Assembly: GCA_973895155.1 (NCBI GenBank)
Contig: OZ316897.1
Coordinates: 2,173,312 to 2,237,311, forward strand
Source: Marsupella aquatica
Lineage: Eukaryota > Plantae > Marchantiophyta
Direction of reading: 5' to 3'
Length of the DNA stretch: 64,000 bases
The notes under the pieces are model-generated. The model made no database searches. It was not told the DNA's origin and saw nothing but the letters and a program-made list of their open reading frames with translations. Below are positions 26,911-37,165 of the stretch, piece after piece. The translations under genes and the position numbers were made by a program. Numbering within the stretch: position 1 is the stretch's first letter; every line of letters begins with the position of its first letter.

Positions 26911-29900
26911 ATGGATCGAGTAGGATGGCGCTTCAGGTGTTCGCTACTATCGGTTACGATTGCGCTCGTACTGAAACTGGCGGTGGTGACAACGGCTGCT
27001 CCAGCTGCGAACTTAGTTCCTAGTTTACCTGGGCAACCTGGTAGTGTAACTTTCAATCAGTATGCTGGGTACATTACGGTCAACCAGACCGCAGGCAAGA
27101 AACTTTTTTACTACTTCGTCGAGGCTGAAAATTCTTCTTCGACCACTCCACTTGTTTTGTGGCTTAATGGAGGTACCCGGCCACACTGATACTCTGATGT
27201 GCATACATGCAAACGGTCTGAATTGGCCCTTAAGTTTCAGATGATTACTTCCGTTTCATTCTGCACTCTGACTAGAGATTGCTCAGATCTAGACTCATCA
27301 CCCTCCAGAAAGCTTTAAGGTTTGACTCGACTGTATATTATTGAAATTAAGTCGATCACTCTCATCGGGTAAATTGTGATGTGTATCCAAATGGCATGCT
27401 ACGAATTCCGCAGGCCCTGGATGTTCTTCACTTACGGGAGGGTTTACCGAACTAGGGCCTTTCTACCCGAATGCATCTGCGAACGGATTAGAAGCGAACA
27501 ACGGCTCATGGAACAAAGGTGAGGCATTCATAAATGTCGTTGATAAATCTAATCGAATCATACGACCCCAATACTACAGACGATCACCTTCAGCTCAAGG
27601 AAACTAGGCCGTCTTCAACTCTTCGATTATACCTGAGTATTCGATAACCGCGCGGATGTGTTAATGTTGCTGTTTATTAATTCTTCGCTGGATCATTGCT
27701 CTCAGATCTAGAGAAAAAACAAGAGGACATCTTAACTTTTGTGACATCTTAACTTTTGTGGGTCGACGTCACGCAAGATGCATGTGGTCTAATTCGATTG
27801 TAATTTAACAATTCTATTCTTGTTATCCGCTTTAATTCACCTCCAGCGGCCAACGTTATCTTCTTGGAGTCTCCCGTTGGAGTTGGCTTCTCGTACGCCA
27901 ATGACACGTCGACCTACTACTCAGATGACGCAAGTACAGGTAAAGTCTTCGATATCCTTGGCTGGACCAAGGCAGCAATGGAAACCTACTTCATGATCTC
28001 TTTCAAGTTTCTGTAAACAGTTCTCTGTTCCATCATGCTGATTTTTGGACTCCACTACCTGGCCGGCTTCGCAGCTAAAGATGCCGTCGCCTTCCTCCTT
28101 GGGTGGCTAGTGGAGTACCCTGAATACAATAGCACTGACTTCTACATCACGGGCGAGAGTTACGCAGGTAAATATAATGAGTGGATGGACAGGTGTAAAT
28201 CGGTATATGTAGAATGTCTTCTATTAATTTTTCAGGGTTTATTTTCAAATTTCTATCCCGACATCCCTGCAAACAGGCAAGATGCAACACTTTCCCTTTC
28301 CCTCAAAAATCTCGGGCACTAGTAGGACTGGGTTCACGTCATATCGATCGGCTAGTCTTGTAGCCAATACTTAGTGTTGAGTAAGCTGACAGAGTTTTTG
28401 ATAGCTTAATTTGATCGAGGCTTATGCTAGCTATCCGGATGTTTGAAGGTCATTATGTTCCACAACTGGCAGCTGCGATCTTACAAAACAACAAAGTTGC
28501 TGGTCAGACCCAAATTCTTCTGAAGGGGGTCATGGTAAGCTTCAGAATTTATGTTATCTGACCTGATTTATTACAGCACTATCGTTGCCTCAGGCGGTTA
28601 TAAGAGAAAGTTACACCACGGATAAAACTAGTAGTCGTCCCCTAAAGAATTCACCCTGGGGAACATAGTCCACAGTAAGACTGGCGGTGTACACCAAGCT
28701 ACACATGTACACCAAGCTACATACAATCTGGACTCATGGCAAATGAGATTGATTGAGATCTGGATTGTATGAGATCTGGATTCAAGAATTTACCATTTGC
28801 CATGAGTCCAGATCCCTTGAACCCGACCTTCATCTCATACAATCTGGACTCATGGCAAATGGCAAATTCTTGAAGGAGATAATTTGTTTCTAGTTAAAAT
28901 CGTAGTGAATTACGAAATTGAAGAACAAGTGAATCCAGCGATTGGACTGAACAACCATCGGACTGAACAACCATCGATCTGAAGAACCATTTGAACGAGA
29001 ATTTTAGAAACTAGAGTGAATGTACATTCTTTGAATAGAGGTATGACAAATCATGCATCATTTTATATATATATATATGACTCTTTTCATCCACATAAAT
29101 ATGGATAGGACCCTTTTAAGTCGTGGTCTGAACTCTTCACTTGAAGCCTAGAGCCCACCTCTATTTTGTGATTATAATTTTAAGAAGAACAAGAAAGTTT
29201 GAATGCCTAAAAAGTATTTTGAAATCACGTACATCTAATTAAATTAGTACGCTCAGGGTCGCACTAGACAGTCAGAAGATGACGGCAGACATTCCTGACC
29301 GAATGAATTGGCATTTACGGTACGAATACAGATCGGGAACCCACTTTTTGATGCGACGATAGACTTGGAGTATTCACGTTTGGAGTTCGGTTGGGGGCAT
29401 GGGATGATGTCTGATGCCGTGCATGACACTATCCTCAAAGAATGCAATTTCAGCAGTAACTTTAGGACTGAGGCTTGTAACACAGCGGAGGCTACTGCAA
29501 GTGGACAGATATTCGGTGGCTCAATCAATCCATACGATGTGCTTGCGGACGTGTGCTTGTCACAAGGCGCTCAAGCTGCACGATTGAAAGGACATGTGAG
29601 TAATTCGAATTGAATTCCTCGTGCAATCATGTTCCTAACTTGTGGGCGACTTGGTACCAGATTCCTAATTGAGTACTAAAACTTCGAGTAATCGCGTTTG
29701 ATCGGTCCAATTCCCTTTCGTGTGACGCGGTGTTTCAAAGAGATAGGCTGCAGACCAAGTCCAGGGAGGTACATGATTGTTAGCAATTTCGCCGTCTAGC
29801 TAGGTGGACCAGCAATGTCCCAAGATATTTTTGAATGTGTGAACTAATTGGCGCCGTGCTCCAAATCTGATATATGCTTAACAGTATTTGGGCGTAGTTG

Positions 29901-31296
29901 TGCCGGATCCGTGCATTGACAACGAGCTGACAGCATATTTAAACTCTCCAGCAGTTCAGACGGCTCTGCATGTGCCACCCACACTTTGGCAACAATGCTA
30001 CAGGTGAACTGTCAATGTGATTTGTCCCGGGTAGTTTGATTGCTTGTTTAGTTGTTTTTCTTTCTTTTTGCCTTGAATGGGTACTTTTATTTGTTGAACT
30101 AGGTCTGTATTCGTACCGTAAATATTGAATGTTCTTGCAGTTGTTGAAGACGGAACCAACAACTGCAAGAACGTTTCTCATTTCTGAGTGACTGAGTTTC
30201 GCGGAGCTGTCCATGTATAAACGAAGTACTAACTCTCTGTTGTCTGTTGTAGCAACTATGATTCTGGTAGCGGGAACACTCAGATAGCTCCAATACTGGC
30301 CGACCTCGCTAACTCCAACCTCAGAGTTTGGGTCTACACGTATGCGCTTTACCATCACCACCTGCACTTATAAAAATAGTTATGTGTTGAGCATTTGTAG
30401 CAGTCATCCATCAAAACCATTGTTCCTTCCGATAATTAAGTGAATGACTGATTTGTGATACTCGGGAACTTAGGGTACTAGCCATTTCTTGTCCATTTTG
30501 CAACCATGACTGTGCAAGTACTAAGTTTACTTTATGAACATATGAAATCTTCAGCGGAGATCTTGACACGGTCGTATCCCTTATCGGAACTCGGAAGATT
30601 ATTCACAATCTCGCTGACAGCTTGAACTGGACGACCACCTCTGACTACTATCCATGGTACCAAGGTTCTCAGGTGGGTAACTTTTGAGTTTACAAGCGGG
30701 TTTCTCTGTAACTTCGTTTTGAAATTTTGTGCAAATATCAATATCCTTGTTTGTAAAGGGTTGAGTGCATCATTTCCATTAAGTGACCCATCACTTGGGA
30801 TACATTGTATAAGAGTTTTTAAATGATGTTAAAGAATAGTATTAAAGACTTTCTTGGAAAATATGATTGGGGCCGTACATTTTTATTTGAAGCAATTAAA
30901 GGGTCAATAAATATATAACCTAATCCATTGTATATATATGGCTCTCCACATAATGAACCTTCCCCCAGGTCGAGGGATTTGGGAAACTAAGGGTTAATTT
31001 ATTCCCAATATATAGCATGTTCATCTTACTAAATGTCTATTTTGACTTATCCAAGAGAGCCGGTGAGATCTGAGCTGCACTTTGAGATTAGACTTCACTA
31101 ACAGCACTCTACTCTATCCAAATGACAGGTCGGAGGATGGTCAATTACCTATAGTTCACCATCAAATATATCTGTTGTATATTCAACTGTAAGAGGCGGA
31201 TCACATATGGTTCCAGCTACTCAGCCACAGCGTTCTCTGCAGCTATTTAGTTCTTTCCTCGCTGGGGACTTAACACCGCCATTAATACCCACATAA
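26911..31296 (+). CDS. SCPL: Serine carboxypeptidase-like protein (peptidase S10), copy 2, intact; exons 26911-27172, 27414-27518, 27847-27939, 28075-28167, 28449-28534, 29332-29595, 29885-30003, 30253-30339, 30555-30672, 31129-31296
   Basis: Same exon structure as copy 1. [24 protein letters not shown] and VRGGSHMVP motifs; signal peptide. Confidence 0.95.
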
Positions 31297-31472
31297 TGAT
31301 GGCCATATTCTGATCGATTGCATTGTTCATGAACAAATAGAGTAGCTAGCTACTAGATTGCTAGAGGAAAGTGAGAAGATTAAAGGTCTTCATCTTGCTA
31401 GAGGAAAATGAGAAGATTAAAGGTCTTCTAGATAGATGAAGGAGTAGAAATTTCTTTGTAGTTTTACGAGTT

Positions 31473-32029
31473 CACGTGTGACAAGCTGCTCCACCTGTAC
31501 CTGCTATGCTTGCTTGTGTCTTGCAATTTACTGATATCTACAGACGTAGTTGCTACTAGGGTACTCATCTTGAGACTCTCCAGCTCGTATCTGATTTGTA
31601 ATTTTTTGTACCGGTCACAAGACGAGCCTACAAGAATACTCACTCATCGTGATTAGAACTGCAGTTAACGATCCTTGTTTCGGGAGATTATTCTTTATAA
31701 GCTAGTTCATATTTGGACTTTATTACTCCTCAATCGCTGTCTCGATCCTACAAGAGTCACTCAACAGATTTGACTATTTTAGCTCATAGTCTTGGGAACA
31801 AAATCTTCAGCTTTGTTGACGCCCCCTGCTGACGCATGGACAATTTTGGAACATTCGACCAATTTGAGTGCAATAGGTTGAATGCTGACGGAAAGGAATG
31901 CAGCGAAGAGCCCCACTGAACGGCTGAGCTTTCTTGCTGCGATCGATATTTTGCAATTATCATTCCCGTCCTCGTAATATTCATTAGAACTGAAAGCCCT
32001 CACTATATTTTTCCATGAGTTCACCAGTA
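31473..32029 (+). repeat. Duplicated SCPL upstream region (paralogous to about 26224-26857), belonging to the third plus-strand copy
   Basis: gtgtgacaagctgctccacc...cctgctatgct and gaatgctgac.gaaaggaatgcagcga.gagccccactgaacggctga...gagttcaccagta match the region upstream of SCPL copy 2. Confidence 0.85.
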
Positions 32030-32119
32030 GCTTAGCCGTCAAGGGACAATTTACTTTTGTGAAGAAACAAATATTATAAATATACTAGCTCAATATCAGT
32101 GCCTTGCACAAAGATATAG

Positions 32120-32560
32120 TGTTGGTCAAGACGTCGTTGAGAAAAAAGATGTCGTGTCAGCCAAGACATCGTTGAAAAAAAAGATATCGTGCCGGCCAAG
32201 ACGTCATTGAGAAAAAACATGTCGTGTGAGCCAAGATGTTGTTGAGAAAAATGATGCCCTGTTGGCCAAGACGTCATTGAGAAAAAAGATGTGGTGTTGG
32301 CTAAGATGTCGTTAAGACAAAAGATGTTGTGTCGGCCCGAGATGTCATTAAGAAAATAGAGGTTGTGTCCGTGGTAGTGTTGCCAATGATGTTCTCATGT
32401 TAAAGCTTTTATTAGAAAAAGAAGTTGTGTCGCCAAAGAAGTAGTTTTGAATACGATGTCATCAAGTCAATGGATGTCCGTAAAACAAAGAATTTGTGTC
32501 ACAAAAGAAGTTGTTATATGAAAGATGTTGTCAAGTAAAAAGATGTCATTAAAAAGATGT
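32120..32560. repeat. 35-bp minisatellite, at least 7 clear units decaying rightwards; a related inverted, degenerate tract lies at about 61060-61430
   Basis: ccaagacgtcattgagaaaaaagatgtcgtgt-type units at 32126, 32161, 32196, 32231, 32266, 32301 and 32337. Confidence 0.9.
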
Positions 32561-33799
32561 CCTTAAAAAGAGTCTAGCAAGGGAGAGGGAAGAGGGAGGG
32601 AGTGGGGCGAGGCAGGGCCGGGGCAGGGAAGGAGGGTGGTGGGAGGTTGACCACAAGAGTGCGACAGTCAACGGTCGGCGCATGGGGCAAGGCAGCAGGG
32701 TGGTCACCCCACTCATAGTAGAGGCTGGCCGCACGACATTTTACTTGCCTCGGCTCGGTGCTGTCGCCGCGACCAGACTACACTTGACCTTAGGAGCTGG
32801 TGTGAGGGCTATTTTTGGTCGCTATTGCTTTGGTTTTTTTTGTATTGAATTTCTTTTACCCAAAATGGCCCTGCAAATTCAAATGACGACCACAGCAAAG
32901 AAACGGCGCAATGCCTTATTATAGTTTTTGATGTTGTCAAATGTGGTTGTCACCCTAGCCAAGAGTGGTTTGGCCCCCAACCCTTGTTATTTCATCCAAA
33001 TATATATTAAATTTTGCCAAGTATAATTATTTGTTTTTATAAAATGATTTCATTCATATGAGTACCAAGGGGAATGGGTATATACACTCTCCTTGCATTG
33101 CATGCACGTGAGGTGTACATTGGGGCAGGGTCAGTACAAATTGGGATACAAATAAGACAATGGCCGGGCAGGGAGGGATAATTAGATAAAGAGTGTATTT
33201 GCAAGTACAATGATGACATCAAAAGGAAGTACTCTACTAGCTAAAGTGATGAAGAATATAGGGAAGGATTCTGCTCCCTTCATATTTTGCCATGGCTTTA
33301 TATTTATTTGTTCTCTTAGCTTTGCTTTGCATATTTTATTTCTTTCACTTGGCATGTAAAACTGCAAATTTTGAATTAATCCGTGGACCCCCATGTTACT
33401 TTAGAGGCAGGTATATGTCTAGAAACTGAAGCCTGGATGGACCTCCAAACTAAAGGAAAAAAAACTCAACAATGGACAAGTCAATGTTTGACACTTGAAA
33501 TAGTTGCCAAACTTACCATGGCAACCATAATTAACATCAATTGCAAAACCAGCAGCAATGTGAACTACTATTTAATGTGTGGGTAGCTTAATTGCCCACT
33601 TCAGCAAAACTGTGCTCGATGGTTTCCTCCACGGTACCGAAAGGATGCTAGATATATGCACTCAAGTTGCATTGAAAGTAATCACTTTTCAATTCCTACA
33701 CGCAGAGAGGCGAAAAGAGAGAAGTCACCGGTGTCATCAAATCACTAACTTTGCATAATTGTTTAAGACAAAAACTTTCATGGAAACAAATTTCCAATT

Positions 33800-34030
33800 G
33801 TGGAATTCAGAATTGACCGAAAGCTAGAGAAATTTAGAAATTCATGATCACTTTAGTATTTGATAAATCTCCCAATGTTATACTCATTTGAAAGCTAGAG
33901 AACTTTGGAAACTTATAATCTCCTCATAACTCAACTAAATCTATCAATGTTAAGTTTATTAAAAAGCTAAAGAAATTCTAAAATTCATAATCTCTTTAGT
34001 ATTGGATAAAATTTATCAATAGTAGGTTCA
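33800..34030 (+). repeat. About 70-bp tandem repeat; opposite-orientation copies at about 58750-59100
   Basis: aaagctagag anchors near 33820, 33890 and 33962; ctctagcttt-type anchors near 58841, 58930, 58999 and 59071. Confidence 0.7.
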
Positions 34031-35181
34031 TTCTCATGGAAGGGGTCAACATTTCAGGGGTTGTATAACAAACATTTCTATTCACATTAGAGATTACGAA
34101 ATCACGGGTAAAATTTATTTTTCAATTACTTACTCAATTCCTACTGAATGATGACAATGTTGAGCTCATCAGGACCGTCTCTTCAAGATCTTTCTAACAC
34201 CATATTATATGTGAGTTTTCATTATGATTTGACTCGACAATGTAAAATTGAAAATTGCTACCGGGAAAATTTTATGTTTTGAGTAAAATCAAAATGTAAA
34301 TAAAACCGTTAATGGGAGCAGTTTTACCTCAATCTTTTTGTCTTTTGATCTGCATGTCAATTTTTTTACATTCTTTTTTACGGCATGGTGTCCCAACTTT
34401 TACAACAAACTTGCCACAAACACGAATGCAAATGTTAATTTTATCCAAAAACAAGTCTCTTCCTGTTTGTAGCATGCCATGATGATGTGGTGCGCTGTGG
34501 AGCCAGGAATTTTGCAAAGGACTCCTAATGGGGGTCTGTAATGACAACCACTCCGAAAAAGTGGTGCAACTGTGTATTATATGAGTTAATATATTAACCG
34601 CCAAAGGACAATTCACTTTTGTGAAGAACGCTCTCAATACTTGCACACAAGCATCAACTTACCATTTCAAAGGGATATATATTAATGCTTCACTTTATAA
34701 AGCATGCCCTGAGTAGTTTGTGTGAGCCTCGATACTTACAGGTCACATATGATTCAGAAGTGTAAAAAGTGATATCCAAACACATTTTGATGTTCTGAAT
34801 TTATCCATCCCAACTTTGTAAGTAAGTGGGGGCTTCACAGCATAGCCCTTGATTTGAACTTTCATGGAGGTACCCAGATGATCCTCTCATATATACATAG
34901 TCTGAATTTTGCCCTTAACCTTTTTGGATGATTACTTCCGTTTTATTCTGCACTTTGATTAGAGTTTGCTCAAATTAAACTCATGTATATATATATATAT
35001 CACCTTGAAGAAATCTTTAAGGTTTGAATAGGCTGAATATAATTGATAGACACTATCATCGGGTAAATTGAGATGGGCATGCAAAATGACATGCTCTGAA
35101 TTCCACAGGCCTAGGATGTTCTTCGCTTACTGGAGGGTTAAATACCGAACTAGGGCCTTTCTGTTGGAACTTTCAACAGCA

Positions 35182-35252
35182 TGGACCGGCTAGGAATTGA
35201 ACCTAGGACCTCCCGTGTACATCGTAGTGCTCTACCACTGAGCTACAGGCCC
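35182..35252 (-). other. tRNA-like cloverleaf in the TRIM LTR (probably a Pol III promoter, not a decoding tRNA)
   Basis: GGGCCTG TA GCTC AGTGGTA GAGC A CTACGATGTACACGGGA GGTC CTAGG TTCAATT CCTAG CCGGTCC A: perfect D and T stems, 6/7 acceptor pairs, broken anticodon stem. Confidence 0.85.
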
Positions 35253-35376
35253 TTTGTGGCTGTATCCATCTTCGTTCGAGTGTGGTTCATTTCCAACACC
35301 CTCCCTTGAGCCGCACTCGCTACAAGGGAAACTCCTTTTCTTTGGCTCTGATACCATGTTGGAACTTTAAACAGCA

Positions 35377-35447
35377 TGGACCGGCTAGGAATTGAACCTA
35401 GGACCTCCCGTGTACATTGTAGTGCTCTACCACTGAGCTACAGGCCC
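35377..35447 (-). other. tRNA-like cloverleaf in the second TRIM LTR
   Basis: Identical to 35182-35252 except for one substitution in the anticodon arm. Confidence 0.85.
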
Positions 35448-36980
35448 TTTGTGGCTGTCATCTTCGTTCGAGTGTGGTTCATTTCCAACACTTTTTACCC
35501 AAATTCATCTGCGAATGGGTTAGCTAGAAGCGAACAACGGCTCATGGAACAAAGGTGAAGCATTCATGTCACTCGTGACTATGCCAATGACACATAGACC
35601 TACTTCTCAGATGAGGCAAGTTCTGCTAACGTCTTCAATCAGTCTCCTTAGCTGGACCAAGGAAGAAAGGGAAACATATATACTTTGAGATCTCTACTTA
35701 GTTGCTGTCAATGCTTCTCTGTTCTTCATGCTGCAGTTTTGACTGCAAGTCCATCTGGCTCTGCGGCTCAAGATGCCCTCGTCTGGGTGGCTACCGGAGT
35801 ACCCTGAATGCATCACGGGCGAGAGTTGCACAGGCCTAGCTATATAGTAAGAATGGATGGCGAGGTGGAAATTGGTAGATATAAGTGCAGTGTCGTTGTT
35901 TAGTAGTTCCAGCTCTATCATGAGCTCTATTTTCAATTTTCCAGCTCGACATCCCTAAGCGTAAAGATGCAATAGCTTCCCGTTCCCTGAAACATCTGAC
36001 AGTGGGACTGAATTCACGTCATATCAGCTAGCCCTATAACCAGTAGTGCTAATTAACGAACCTAACGGAAAGTTTTTCACAGCTGTGATCGAGGCTTATA
36101 TATACTAGCTTTCTGGAAGTATCAGGTCATTGTGTTCCAGAATTAGCAGCTCCCATCGTGGAAAACAATTAACTAGGTTCCTGATCAGTCCCAAATTCTC
36201 TTGAAGGGGGTCCATATATGGTAAGCTTCAGCTGCATTTAACGTTGTCTGACCTGGTTTATTAGAGCACTATGTAAATTAAGTATGGGATTACTTTGCAT
36301 CCCGTGTGCGGATTACACGACACACGGATAAAACTAAGAAGTGATCTCCTAAAGAATCTACAGTACCTTGTGACCAGAGTCCGCGGTCTGAAGGACTGAT
36401 TCCGTAGCTACACATGCAGATTGTGTTGAAATTGTATGGGATGAAGGTCGGGTTCAAGGTGTCTGGACTCATGGCAGGTTTAATGGCCACCTTCTCCGAT
36501 CCAAATTTATAATTCGTTGCTAGTTGAGCTCATAAGTATTCAACTGAAGAGCAACTGAATCCTGCTATAGGAATATAGGATTGAGGAACCATTTGAACGA
36601 CAATTGCAGAAATTTCAGGAGGGAAACGAAGCTGGTGGAACTCCCACAAAGTATTCTGAAATCGTACATATAAATAAAGTAACGCTTAACGTCGCCTTCG
36701 ACAGTCAAAAGTACAAGTGCAGATCGCGAACCCACTTCTCGATGCGGGGATAGACTTGGAGTATTCATCTTTGGCGTTCAAGATATTTTCTGAGTGCGTG
36801 AACTAATTGGCGCCGTGCTCCAAATCTGAACTAAAGGCTTTTATCCCAACCCCAGCCTGGCGCCCCATACAATCAGTCATCCACTATGTGTACTGTAGTT
36901 GTGCACTCAAATAATTTTCAAGACCGCCAGGATGGGGCCTGCACCTGCATGCTACAAGTATACATATTAATATTTCACGC

Positions 36981-37165
36981 CAGATTTCACTCCAAATTTT
37001 GAGAATGGACACCTGGTATTTTTATTGGAGGGCTTTATTCCAAGATTTCACGCCAGATTTCGAGAACGGACCCCTGGTGTTTTTGTTGGAGTGTTTTATT
37101 CCAAGATTTCACTCCAGATTTCGAGAACGGACCCCTGGTATTTCATTGGAGGAATTTATTACAAG
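36981..37165. repeat. About 60-bp tandem repeat x3
   Basis: agatttcactccagatttcgagaacggacccctggtattt..ttggag units near 36981, 37041 and 37102. Confidence 0.9.

Larger units (their letters stand above)
35162..35490 (-). mobile_element. TRIM (miniature non-autonomous LTR retrotransposon) with tRNA-like sequence in both LTRs
   Basis: LTRs 35162-35298 and 35357-35490, each TGTTGGAA...TTCCAACA. 58-bp internal region with PBS TGGTATCAGAGCC (minus strand, complementary to initiator tRNA-Met) and PPT AAGGGAGGG. 5-bp TSD CTTTC (35157-35161) / CTTTT (35491-35495). The paralogous exon in SCPL copy 2 shows the empty site cctttctacccg. Confidence 0.95.
34865..36830 (+). pseudogene. SCPL pseudogene (third plus-strand copy, most similar to copy 2), disrupted by a TRIM and by deletions
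   Basis: End of exon 1 (tggag|gtacc), intron 1 like copy 2, exon 2 GCSSLTGG...ELGPF[insertion]YPNSSANG, partial exon 3 with TAG and a lost donor, exon 4 with deletions, exon 5 with stop/frameshift, and exon 6 start IANPLLDAGIDLEYS fused to intron-6 sequence. Confidence 0.92.

Noticed and set aside
1355-31296. Acyltransferase plus SCPL as a demonstrated biosynthetic gene cluster
   Set aside because: The SCPLs carry hydrolase-type GES motifs and there is no scaffold enzyme or expression evidence; kept only as a weak note
32120-32560. CRISPR-like array (35-bp period)
   Set aside because: Head-to-tail degenerate units without unique spacers, no cas genes, eukaryotic context. It is a minisatellite.
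35182-35447. Two genuine tandem tRNA genes
   Set aside because: The anticodon stem does not pair, and both copies are embedded in LTRs with PBS, PPT and TSD. They are TE-borne tRNA-like sequences.
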